64,000 nt of DNA from assembly GCF_006345805.1 (NCBI RefSeq), contig NC_043000.1, positions 14,818,001 through 14,882,000 of the forward strand, in the 5' to 3' direction. This stretch comes from Octopus sinensis. Lineage: Eukaryota. This document shows, in pieces, positions 1 through 11,515 of the stretch. The translations under genes and the position numbers were made by a program. Under the pieces are notes generated by a model, which did no database searches, was not told the DNA's origin, and saw nothing but the letters and a program-made list of their open reading frames with translations. The first letter of the stretch is position 1. Each line of letters opens with the position of its first letter.

Positions 1-527
1 CTATCAAAATCTGTCTCACTGCTGTCCGTATGCAAGGAAATTTTTCTCTCGTTCTTCAGTTGCTCTGACTCAATAGAGTCTTCTATAATATGATTCTTAT
101 CTTTTTCAACCAATTCTTCACCTCTATGTACTTCTTTGTCTCTTTCACTATTAGTTCCTTGTATATTGTAATGTTCAGTGGTATTTATAGATGTTTGATT
201 ATGTAGACACCGGTTCAAAGAATCTGATGTAAAATTTTCAGCAGAAAAGTTAGAACATGTTTTTGAAGAATGTTTGTTAAAATTTCCAGGAATTGAATGG
301 TTCTCTTGTCTAGTTAGAAGTTCAGGAGGTTTTGATTTATTTGGTTTAGAACTCAACTGGAATGGTTTACAACTTTCTTTCTTTGAAGAAAATTCAGGTA
401 AGCATAACAAATTTCTTTTCCAAACAACATGAAGATTTCTATTGGGATGAATTTCCTGCATAATTTCCTCAAATTCTGTTCTTAGTTTTTTCATCCGATG
501 TCGGACAACAAAACCACGAATATGGGC
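1..527 (-). CDS. IQCC: IQ motif-containing protein C-like, exon 2 (runs off window start)
   Basis: Acceptor ttcctatag|GCC at 527; frame open to the window edge: AHIRGFVVRHRMKKLRTEFEEIMQEIHPNRNLHVVWKRNLLCLPEF..., resembling the IQCC N-terminus ([28 protein letters not shown]) followed by a low-complexity region. Confidence 0.8.
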
Positions 528-2758
528 CTATAGGAATAAATAAATAAATACATATGATGGATATGATACTTTGGGAGTAATAACAGTATAAATAAAGATA
601 TAAATAGGCAATAACTGTACTGTCTGAGCTTTAAGAAGAAAGAAGAAAACAATAGATATAAGCATGCAACACAAGGTGTCAATGACATAACAGGATGGTT
701 TACATTTGCATTAGGGCGTTTCACCTGAAGGGCTTACAGAAGTGAATCACTTTTAACATATTGGAAGAAATAACTGCTAAATCTCCCTCAAATCACACTC
801 TACCTTAGAAAAGGAAGTGTAATGAAGTCCTAAATACATGAATGACCATGGGACTGTACCTAGAAAGTTCCCCTCCAAGGCACAAGTCTGGGCAAGGTTG
901 CTAATGGAAGACCAGTAGATACACAGGCATACCAGCCTCCCCTCTCTATGCCACTGATGTTACTCAAGGGAAAGACATCACAATTCATTTCTACAGCTGA
1001 GTGAAGTGGAGCAACATGAAATAAAGTGTCTTTCTCAAGAACACAACATACAGTCCAGTCCAGGAATTGAACTCAGTACCTCATGATTGTTAACCTGACA
1101 CTCTAACCACTGAACCATGCACCTTCGCATTCAAATATACTACACTATAATGTACCACCCACCATAAGGTCCAGTCCTTGTTATGGTGTGGTCGCATCAT
1201 CAACATCATAATTTCATGACCATTTCCCATGCTGTCATGGGTTTGATGGTTTAAGCCTTGCTGTTGGCTCTGGATGTCCTTCTTCATACCAACCTCTTTA
1301 TACAGCACACTGGGTGCATTTTTGAGCGATACCAGCAAAAGCAGCAGCAAAATCACCAAGTAACTTGCAAGAGAAAAACCCCTCAATTAAATGGGAGTCT
1401 TGAAAGATAGATACAAAGGCGGCGAGCTGGCAGAAACGTTAGCTCGCCGAGCGAAATGCTTAGCGGCCTTTCGTCTGCTGTTACGTTCTGAGTTCAAATT
1501 CCGCTGAGGTCGACTTTGCCTTTCATCTTTTCGGGTCGATAAATTAAGTATCAGTTACGCACTGGGATCGTTACTGACAAGTAGCAATTATGACAATTGC
1601 AATTGGTTGAAATACAATAGGGAATAGAGTTACTGGTTGAAGGGTCAACTTCTGTTATTTTTGCATCGCATTAACAATTTGCCATCTACATTAAGAAAAT
1701 AGCGTCACTCAAGTAGCAATATACCTCATCACACAATACTGGTTACCCTTAACTGTAACCTAACTACTTCGTCATACACAAATGTTTCCATCATATTTTT
1801 GTTGTACCAAAGTGAAGGATGCTGGAAAATCAGGTGTTGTGACAATGTCCTGCAAAATTAACCTTCGTTAGTTTAACTCACCAAGTGACAACAGGAGCAG
1901 TGCATAATAGACAAGTATTTACATTAGATTGCAGTGCTAAGTTCAAGTACTCCTGTTGGCTTAAGCTATGATATAAGCACTCATATTGCAATCTTACTGA
2001 ACAAATTTTATCCTCTCCACATTTAAAGTAGACTTGATATGAATGAATCAATTACGTTGACACTGACATTGTTTGTTCATCAACTGAGTCATAAAAGGCG
2101 AAGATAATTAGTTAAGAGAGTGGAGAGTAGTGAGACATCTACACGTGTCTTAGTTCAAAAACAGGTGTCGATTATTAATTTTTGACTGCAATTAATGTTT
2201 GAGCAGAACAACTATCACAAAATCTCGTTTCACCATCCCTTAAATATCTGAAGAGACATTTAATAAGAAAAGAGCAATCTTTAACTAAAGTGGTAGCAAT
2301 TAAAAATGAACCAACGATAATAGGGAATGTGCAAAAATAAATTCGCTTCCCTGAATAACCGAAACGAATAAGTAAAAGGTCATTGTTTGAGATAACTGCT
2401 TTAATTTTTGTTAACACCAGCTTTGAGTTAATTTATTGACAAATAAACACACACTTGTAACTGTTAGAACTTTCCTAAAGTTGAGTTGACTTATTGATTG
2501 ATAAACACAAACACATATGTAACTGTTAGAATTTTCCGTTTTCGCTAAATTTGTGTATTTTTTTTCATTTCATTTTCTTTTACCGGTTTCATCAACCGGT
2601 AAACGATATTGATTTAATGGGACGTCCCGCTCGATCAGAACTAGCAGGTGCTACACAACAACAACATTTACCTTTATACCTAATGGAATACAAACCACTA
2701 TCTACAGACAAAAGCGATACATCAGTATGTAATTAGAGCCCCGAAAATGTCAAAATAC

Positions 2759-2836
2759 CTGCAGTAGGAGAATCCGACGGAGTGCAATAGAAGGATTGCT
2801 TCGGCTGAAAGAGTATGTGTCACTTTGGGAAGTCAT
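2759..2836 (-). CDS. IQCC: IQCC-like, first coding exon
   Basis: ATG at 2836, 26 codons MTSQSDTYSFSRSNPSIALRRILLLQ, donor CAG|gtattt; phase-0 join to exon 2 reconstitutes the IQ motif LQAHIRGFVVR. Confidence 0.8.
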
Positions 2837-2916
2837 TTTGGTAGTGTTTGGTAACCAAGGAAGCTAGCCAATCACAGGCCTCCTTTTATCATCAGTCGGC
2901 TCTTCATTCTAAGAAG
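2837..2916. promoter_or_regulatory. Compact bidirectional promoter between IQCC-like and archease
   Basis: 80 bp between divergent ATGs; CCAAT box AGCCAATCA at 2866-2874; YY1-like AAGATGGCG overlapping the archease ATG (2914-2922). Confidence 0.6.
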
Positions 2917-2980
2917 ATGGCGAACAATTGTACCAACCAGGATTTCATGGACTTGGAACTGCCTGTTATTAAATATGAAT
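2917..2980 (+). CDS. ZBTB8OS: Archease exon 1
   Basis: MANNCTNQDFMDLELPVIKYE+T, donor GAAT|gtaatt; phase 1 matches exon 2. Confidence 0.88.
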
Positions 2981-4959
2981 GTAATTATTAGTAAATACAT
3001 TTTCTTTGCTTTCAGTTATTTTGTTTTGATCGTTTATTAGCTCTGTATTACTTGTTATCCTTCATACCTTTTATCTTTTTCTTGATGATAAAATAGCCCA
3101 CTTTTGAAAGAGTTTCAGCGAACTTATTGCGACATCTTATGTAAACAAAATGACTCGAAATCATTGTCTTGTTTTGATTGTGTTAATATACACATCAGAT
3201 AATGTAGAAATGGGTAAGCACCGTGTTTGGATGGGGCTACCATTGATGATTTTCGTCTTTTCGTTTCTTAACTAAGAAGTTATTAGTTGTAGAAAAAATA
3301 AAATGCGTAGTTTCGATTTAAAACGGTTTCAGTATATCATGCAACACGATCAGACCGAAGTTTAAAAGTAATGATAACTTTTAATCAGATTCAAGGCAAA
3401 GTCCTTTGATATAGACTGCTGAATGGATAACCGCATTTTTTTTTTTCGATCACTTTTTCTACTTTCCTCCTGACAACTAAAGGCATGACAGTGCCGCCTT
3501 TTACGGGTTTCGGTGGTTGGTGGGAGGCTGAGAGAAAGGTACCCTCAGACTAGAGATTCGATCCGAATACTTACAACATAGTGGACATCGCTAAAGACAC
3601 CCAAAGGCCGGATTAAATCTGTCTTATTCATGAGATGATCTGGTGGTTGCTGCTAATAAAATGTAAGAGGTGGAAGAACTAGTTGTAATCTGTATTGGAA
3701 TATAGAATAGATTTGAGTTAAAGAGAGACGGATCTTTCGTGCGTATTGTACTAAATAGTTCTGGTGAAACTTAGCAGCTAAGTGAACTGGTCATTTGAGA
3801 GTTTCTGTGTTGACTTTAAAGACACGTGCTGGCAATCACTGACTTCTGAACTGATTGCCGGATACTGTAAACAGTCTATCCGCGTTCTCCTTATATCCGT
3901 ATATACACGGACAGAGGGTCCGATCCGGAACATCAGAATTCTCGTTCTCATCATACCCAAATTTATTCCATTTTGTGGACTTATAACCGTAGATCTGGTT
4001 GTACGTGACTAAGATACTACTGGCATGTTGGTTATGATATAAGATATGCTTGTGGTAATCGTGAGATACTATTTGCTTAGGTAGAGCTTCTCATAAGTGG
4101 CAGGAACTGTGAGGTTTGAAAAGGAGATAGACAAATGGCCATGTTTAACAAAAATTCGGTTGGTTTTAAATTTTTTAAATCTGTCAAACCTTAGTGAAGA
4201 AAGAAGAATTATACAGATGCAAAATCTATTAATCTATTTTGTCATCTCATTGATAAAGTAGGTGGAAAGAAATTCAAGCATTTCACTGATACTTTTTTGG
4301 TGGTGGTGGTGGGTATCACTGCTGTTTGTCAGTTTAAGAACCACTGTCTTAGAGAAGATTCACTCCCAGTGCCCTCATGTATTTAACATACCTTCCCCCA
4401 AGCCATTCCTATACTACAGCTGGATGTCTTTCCTGTTGCCAACACTTATCTGTTTCCAAGCATGGTAATATTTCCCTGTGGCCAGACACGTTTTTGCAGA
4501 ACATTGGAAATGAATCACATTAATTCACAACAATCATGCAATGTCAAGGCACTCACACACACATATATGTACATACATACATCATACATGTATACATATA
4601 TATGTACATATATCATACATGTATACATATATATGTACATACATACAAATGAAGGCGCATGGCTTAGTGGTTAGGGTCATGAGTTCAATTCCTGGCGGCA
4701 CGTTGTGTCCTTGAGCAAGACATTTTATTGCTCCAGTCCACTCAACTGGCAAAAATGAGTAGTACCTGTATTTCAAAGGGCCAACCTTGTCACGCTGAAT
4801 CTTCCCAAGAACTACGTTAAGGGTACTACGTTAGTGGAGTGCTCAACCACTTGCACGTTAATTTCACGAGCAAGCTGTTCCGCTGATTGTATCAGCTGGG
4901 ACCCTTGTCGTCGCAACCGACGGAGTGCTTCTTATTTACATACATGCATACATATATAT

Positions 4960-5255
4960 TGATAAACTTCTGGAAAGTTTTACAGATTTTTACATAAAAA
5001 TCTGTAAAACTTTCCAGAAGTTTATCATTTAAATACATATGAATATGTCTAGATATACAACTATATGCATGAAAATACATACATAAAGTAAAACATACAA
5101 ATCTGCACATATACATACATACATTCAAAACAAAAATACCCTGTTGTTGATGTTGAAATTCCAATGAAGGAACCTTGAATCTAGGTTAGAAACCAGCCCT
5201 TATTCTGTAGGCAAGAAATCTTGAAATAAAACTGGACAATAACATATACACGTGC
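4960..5255 (+). mobile_element. 3' UTR fragment of the same RLE LINE with 5' fold-back
   Basis: Homologous to the reverse complement of 55225-55490; begins with a 33-bp-arm palindrome. Confidence 0.7.
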
Positions 5256-5553
5256 ACATACACAGAGGAGTCAAAACTCTTCTCTTATAACAAGACAATA
5301 TCCCACAATGCATTTTCAGTACCTGTGCTGATTCCAACATTTCAGATACTTGTCAGGTCTATAGAGGAAACCCACTCCATAGACATTAAAACCTGCAAGA
5401 TACTGACATCAACTATTTCTGTGAAGATTTCCAGTTGATTTCAGAATTTTGTAGGTTTTAACATAGAGGTTCAAATACACCCTTGACAATACTGTCACCA
5501 CCATCACTCATGAGTCATCACCACTCATATTTCCTTAACTGACATCTCTCTAG

Positions 5554-5585
5554 GGGGCAGCACACTTCAGGAGTCTTTTGAACAT
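5554..5585 (+). pseudogene. Duplicated pseudo-exon copy of archease exon 4 with orphan U12 branch site, in intron 1
   Basis: 30/32 nt identical to 11054-11085, preceded by TTCCTTAAC (5531-5539) and TAG; donor changed from CAG|gt to CAT|gt; part of a duplicated block (about 4400-6067 vs 10365-11189). Confidence 0.85.
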
Positions 5586-5647
5586 GTAAAAACCTTCCAC
5601 TCTTTTATAAATCAACGAATTCTTAAAGCTTCAGATTTATATTCAAA

Positions 5648-6023
5648 CTAGCAGTATCGCCTGGCATTGCTCGGGTTTGTTTCAACCCTTTAGAATTGGA
5701 ATTTTTGAAAAGTAAAATTTTGTATTATGTAGCTTGTTATTCTCTTTAAGTGAACATTTTTCTGGTTGAAATACACCGAAAAATGGCGACACAGCAGTAA
5801 AAAAAATCGTAAAAAATAGGGATTTTCACAGAAAAAATGCACATTTTTGGTGTTAACATGGTCCAATTTGAATTTTTTCTTCTACAGAAAGAAGAGCAAG
5901 CCTTCTTCTATCATACTCTCAATTTTGGTCAACTTGCACTGCAGGGTCTCGGAGGAGATAGTGTTAGTTGAAGGCTACCAAACCTGCCATACACAGACAA
6001 CTTCAGCTTTTTATATTTAGAGA
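5648..6023 (-). mobile_element. Non-autonomous Helitron, subfamily A
   Basis: Minus strand TC...CTAG with subterminal GC-rich motif; inserted between A and T; empty site visible in the paralogous block (attcaaattaagta near 11141-11154). Confidence 0.8.
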
Positions 6024-7081
6024 TTAAGTAAAATTGGATTTTGTGTCATTCATACATTTGCAAAAAATGCCAGTGCAGCATAACCAGCCCATTTAAGAGC
6101 ACCCATCAATCATTGGGCAATAAACTGCACATGTGAAGACCTGTTGAGGCAAGTGAAGTCATTGTCATGGCCGATGATAGTACCGACTGATTGGCACCCA
6201 TGCCAGTGGCACATTAAAAGTACCATTTAAGCATGGTCGATGCCAGTGCTGCCTGACTGGTCCCATACCAGTGGTACGTAAAAAGCACCATCCAAGCATG
6301 ATCATTGCCTGTGCCACCTGACTGGCTCCCATGCCAGTACTGCCTGACTGGCCCTCATGTCGGTGGTATGTAAAAGGCACCCACTAGTTAGTGTTAGAAA
6401 GGACATCCAGCTGTAGAAACTCTGCCAGATCAGATTGGAGCCTGATGCAGCCGTCTGGTTCGCCAGTCCTCAGTCAAATCGTCCAACCCATGCCAGCATG
6501 GAATGCGGACGTTAAACGATGATGATAGTGATTATATAGCCTGATGCAAACTTTGATTTAATGAAGCTGATGACCTTGCCCCCAATAAGGACCAATGGCA
6601 AAAATCAACTAGTCAGTATTGAGTGCACAATATCTCTTATGTTGTGCACTATCCCATATGAAAGTGTAATTAGGTGTTGAAGACAATATTGCTTTCAAAT
6701 TTTGGCATTTGATTATATCGATTTCAGTACTCAACTGGTACTTAATTTATTGGTCCCGAGAGGATGGAAAGCAAAGTTGACCTCGGAGGAATTTGAACTC
6801 AGAACGTAAAGACGGATGAAATGCCGCTAAGCATTTCATTTTCTACATTGGGCGGAATGCTTCACGGCATTTTGTCCATCTTTACATTCTGAGTTCAAAT
6901 TCCCCCGAGGTCAACTTTGCCTGTCATCTTTACAGGCCCATTATAATAAGTACCAGTTGAGTATTGGGGTCACTCTAAAGCTGTTAATATGTTAGTATTA
7001 ATGACATTAACAAACAATTTTTAAAACTATTTAATAACAATCATTTTATATTTTTTAATTGTTATATAACTTTTTTTCCAG

Positions 7082-7106
7082 ACTTGGACCATCCAGCTGA
7101 TGTCCA
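7082..7106 (+). CDS. ZBTB8OS: Archease exon 2 (25 nt)
   Basis: ttccag|...|gtaagt; (Y)LDHPADV(Q), the archease DHxAD motif. Confidence 0.92.
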
Positions 7107-7514
7107 GTAAGTACCAACTCCTTCAGCCTTTTTAATACCAAAGCACCGATGATACTAGGGATTATGTAACTATGACTACATAATTTACATAGGTAGCTGT
7201 AATGACATTAAACCCTGTACCTGAAAATGTAATGATATAATCTACACATGCGGTTGTAACTTCACAGTCTGAAAGGTGCTGATGCTCCCAAGATGAAAGA
7301 CATAAGATCAAATTCTAGTTAGTCAATTCAGTAGTTGGGGCCTCACATTAGTGAGGGGACCAGTGTGCTGTGAAGTCATGGAGAGGAAGGCACCCCAAAC
7401 AGTGCATTTTCTCTCTTGATGACCCCTGAAGCTTACTGGTATCTGGTATGCAGAGGTTTTAATCGGCAGCACTTGCATATGCAAACTATTTGCAAGTTTC
7501 TCTATATGCTGTTG

Positions 7515-7915
7515 CAGAAATGTTAGCACGCCGGGCAAAGTGCTTAGCAGTATTTCATCTGCCGTTACGTTGTGAGTTCAAATTCCGCTGAGGTCAACTT
7601 TGCCTTTCATCCTTTCGGGAGCGATAAATTAAGTACCAGTTACGCACTGGGGTCGATATAATCGACTTAATCCGTCTGTCTGTCCTTGTTTTTCTCCTCT
7701 GTGTTTAGCCCTTTGTGAGTAGTAAAGAAATAGGTATCTCGTCTGCCGCTACGTTCTGAGTTCAAATTCCACTGTGGTCAACTTTGCCTTTTGTCCTTTC
7801 GGGGTCGATAAATTAAGTACCAGTTACGCACTGGGGTTGATATAATCGACTTAATCCGTCTGTCTGTCCTTGTTTGTCTCCTCTATGTTTAGCCCCTTGT
7901 GGGTAGTAAAGAAAT
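7515..7915 (+). mobile_element. tRNA-derived SINE family S1 (dimeric copy; head GGCGGCGAGCTGGCAGAAACGTTAGC)
   Basis: B-box-like GAGTTCAAATTCC; other copies near 1418, 6700/6830, 12331, 16560, 18320, 33368, 38614, 42840, 44030, 44510, 48480, 57380. Confidence 0.75.
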
Positions 7916-8100
7916 GGATATAAAGGATTAGGATTGCATAACCCCTATTTATGTTGTTGTTGTGACATAGTTTTCTGTATCTATATTTGTTGACATAATC
8001 CCGTATATATTTAATTGAAGTGACTTAATCCCCTGTACTTCTGTTGATTTAGTAACTTAATACCCTCTGTTTGTAATAGTAGTGACATAATCAGCATTAA

Positions 8101-8316
8101 CCCTTTCATTACTGTATTTATTTTGAGACACTCTGTGTTTCTTTTAATTACTTTAAATTTTTATCAAAGAATTTAGTAAAATAGCGTAGTTATCATTAAG
8201 CTAGTGTTAGGAACATAAATTGTGACTAAGGTTTGGTGGAAGATTATAATTCAGAACTTATGAAAACAAGACATTTGTACTCAGAGCCAGTTTCAGCTGG
8301 GTTGGTAACAAAAGGG
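8101..8316. mobile_element. piggyBac-type MITE
   Basis: TTAA|CCCTTTCATTAC...GTAACAAAAGGG|TTAA; TIRs and TTAA target duplication. Confidence 0.8.
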
Positions 8317-8559
8317 TTAATATATGATGTCCAGCCATAGAAACCATATCAAAGCAAATACTGGAGCATGATCCAGTCCTTAGGCTCATCTAATCCTGTC
8401 AAACTGCCCCACGCATGCCAGCATGGAACATGGATATTGTTTTTGTTGATGATGATGATGATGATGGTTCCCTATACTCTGATGATTCCCTGTACTTTGT
8501 AAGTGTAGTGACATAAACCCCTATATATTTCATTAGTTGTAGTGGCATTCTTTAGCTCC

Positions 8560-8990
8560 AGGCCGCTACAGGTGAAATACGCTTCCCCATGCCATGCAAG
8601 GAATTTTTTTTTGTCTTCCATTGTCTTTGATTAGTCTTCAATTTCATGTTGCATGTCTCTATTACCAACATCAACAGAGTTGTGTGGTTTTCATCCCTTA
8701 TTAGGATGTGAAAGTCTTCAAAACATAACATCTGACATGATCTGGTATTCAATATGATAGCAGTGACCAGCAAAGCATACTCTGCTTTTAGCAACAATAG
8801 AGGAGATGGATAGAATGTGTCCATAAGTCTACACTTTGGTCTTGTGTTCACATCCCATGTTCTGAGCTCTCATGAAAAACCTGGTGTATGTACTATGAAG
8901 ACAATCTAAAAATTCCTTCATAGTCCATGTTTCGGCTCCATTGAGAAGAATGCTCTCTGCACAAACCCTGGAGAAGCACAGCCCTACTGA
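8560..8990 (+). mobile_element. Highly degenerate RTE-clade LINE RT fragment
   Basis: Remnants resembling SKAxSAF and ETWxxYRR blocks of RTE reverse transcriptase. Confidence 0.45.
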
Positions 8991-9410
8991 CTTGGAAGTA
9001 TTTTATTGACAGCAGTGGTGTATGATGTTTGTTGTATTGGGTGTGCAGCCACACCCAATGCCACCAAATTTTAAGCAGGGGTATAACAAAATTTTTCTGT
9101 GAAGATTTATGATTGAATTAACGAGTAAGGTTAATATTTATAATGAATTTGCCATTTTCGAGGGGTCTGCAGCACACATGTAGCACACCCGGAATATACG
9201 CCCCTAACTGACATGTTTTGAAGCTTGTTACAGATACTCCAAGTTTGTCCCTCGTGTTTCAGAAAGTCTTTCTTCTGACTATCAATTAGTCCAGTGTAGC
9301 TTCATTTTGTCTTGTTATTTCTTTGTGATAACTGTGAACTTTTAGTAGTTTCGTTTTTATTATTAATAATGATTTAAACCTTTTACTTTCATCTTCTATT
9401 GTCTTTACAG

Positions 9411-9421
9411 AATTCATTCCT
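9411..9421 (+). CDS. ZBTB8OS: Archease exon 3 (11-nt microexon)
   Basis: ttacag|AATTCATTCCT|gtatccttt; encodes (Q)IHS(W), needed to join DVQ to WG in frame. Confidence 0.85.
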
Positions 9422-9627
9422 GTATCCTTTGAGAACTAATTAATATTTGAGGCTATGTTGTCACTGATCATCACTGTCACTATCATCACTACCATCATCA
9501 TCTTATTCAATCCATTTCACTTATCTAATGAAATATTATTTGCTGCTCAAGTTGCAATAATATTGGTATTTTACATATTTGACACAAAGCCATGAATTTG
9601 TATAGGAAGAGAATCTTAGATTCAGTA

Positions 9628-10133
9628 CTGTAAATCCTCGAGTATAGTCTGCCCTTGAGTATAATACGCAGGGGTCTTTTAGGGGCTGTACCTCTGAAAA
9701 ACCTAAACCTTGTGTATAATACGCACACCTTCTCCAACTTGAATCAAGGAGGTCTATATAACGTCCTTGGTTTGTAAAAATGTATATGGTAACGTCCTTT
9801 ATTATTATTGTATATATAAAATAATGCAAACGTGTAGCTTTTTTGTGCATTTTGTTTGCACAAAATAAAGAAATAACAGTAATAACGTTTAATAAATGTT
9901 GCTTACTGCAAGTTATGGATGATTCTTTTATGACTTCATAGCTTTCAGGCTTAGCTTAAGGTATTTTCGCATCTGACATCACAAAATGCATTTGAATAAA
10001 CATTGCCGGATAGCAAATAGAGACTCGGACATTGCTTAGAAAATATCTTTCAAACCTCATATATAGTAGGCACTAGGGATTTTGACCTTTAAATTTTGGG
10101 AAAAAAATGCAGATTATACACGAGGATTTACGG
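9628..10133. mobile_element. pogo/Tc2-like MITE inside the U12 intron
   Basis: TA|CTGTAAATCCTCGAGTATAGTCTGC...GCAGATTATACACGAGGATTTACGG|TA, imperfect TIRs with TA duplication. Confidence 0.65.
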
Positions 10134-10652
10134 TATATCTCCCAATAGTTGATTTTATTGCCGTGTGAAAGGATAGAAGGCTAAAGCAATGAGGTGAGGG
10201 TTTGAATGTAGAAAGCAGAAGGACACAGTTAAACATCACAAAGCATGTCTACAGTTGACTGCTTCTTACTATTCTGCTACTCCACAATTATCCTCATCAT
10301 CATCATTTTAACATCCACTTTTCCATGCTTGCATGCGTTGGACAGATTTTATTGAGACAGATTTACTACAGCCGGATGTCTTTCCTGTTGCCAACACTTA
10401 TCTGTTTCCAAGCAAGGTAATATCTCCCTGTGGCCAGACATGTTCTTGCAGAACATTGGAAATGAATCACATTAATTTACAACAATCATGCAATGTCAAG
10501 GCACTCACACATACACACACACACACACAGTAGTCAGAACTCTCCTCTTGCAATAAGGCAATATCCCATAATGCATTTTCAGTACCTGTGCTTATTCCAA
10601 CATTTCAGATACTTGATAGCTCTGTAGAGGAAACCCACTCTATAGACATTAA

Positions 10653-10872
10653 CCCTTTCGTTACTCTATTTCTTTTGAGATGCTCTGTATTTCTTTCAAT
10701 TACTTTAAATATAACAATGAATTTAGTAAAATAACTCAGTTATCATTAAGCTGGTGTTAGGAACATAAATTGTGACTAAGGTTTGGTGGGAGATTTTAAT
10801 TCAAAACTTATGAAAACAAAACATTTATACTGAGAGCCAGGGCAGGATTCAGCCGGGTTGGTAATGAAAGGG
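10653..10872. mobile_element. piggyBac-type MITE (second copy, inside the U12 intron)
   Basis: TTAA|CCCTTTCGTTAC...GTAATGAAAGGG|TTAA; paralogous empty site with a single TTAA near 5385. Confidence 0.85.
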
Positions 10873-11053
10873 TTAAAACCTGCAAGATACTGACATCAAC
10901 TATTTCTGCGGAGATTTCCAGTTGATTACAGAATTTTGTAGGTTTTAACATAGAGGTTCAAATACACCCTTGACAATACTGTCACCATCATCATGAAGCA
11001 TCATCATTCATGAGTCATCACCACTCATATTTCCTTAACTGACATTTCTCTAG

Positions 11054-11085
11054 GGGGCACCACACTTCAGGAGTCTTTTGAACAG
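11054..11085 (+). CDS. ZBTB8OS: Archease exon 4 (32 nt)
   Basis: (W)GTTLQESFEQ, donor CAG|gtaaaa; equivalent to WGDTLEEAFEQ of archeases. Confidence 0.9.
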
Positions 11086-11465
11086 GTAAAAACCTTACAC
11101 TTTTCTATAAATCAATGATTTCTTAGAGCTTCAGATTTACATTCAAATTAAGTAAAATTGGATTTTGTGTCATTCATCCATTTGCAAAAAATTATGTATA
11201 AAACATGTGAATTAATGTCCTGTCAAGGATCAAAATACATTTGCAGATTTATTTTGTTACAAGCAGATGTAGGTGAGTGATTACGAAGCTTGCTTCCCAT
11301 CCAGGTGGTTACAGCTTGAGTCTCATTGCATGGCCCCTTGGTCAAGTGTCTTCTATTATGGCCTCGGGCCGACCAATACCTTGAGAGTGAATTTGGAGGA
11401 TGGAAGTTAAAAGAAGCCCATTGTGTGTGTGTGTGTCTGTCTGTCTCTGTCTACCCCATCCCTCT

Positions 11466-11515
<50 letters not shown>

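Larger units (their letters stand above)
9422..11053 (+). other. U12-type (minor spliceosome) GT-AG intron 3 of archease
   Basis: 5' site GTATCCTTT (9422-9430); branch site TTCCTTAAC (11031-11039) about 15 nt before TAG (11051-11053); phase 1 inside the Trp codon. Confidence 0.88.

Noticed and set aside
1620-2500. Possible degenerate transposase in IQCC intron 1
   Set aside because: No recognisable motif or termini could be read.
7515-7915. Tandem repeated units reminiscent of a CRISPR array
   Set aside because: Eukaryotic SINE dimer; no repeat-spacer structure and no cas genes.
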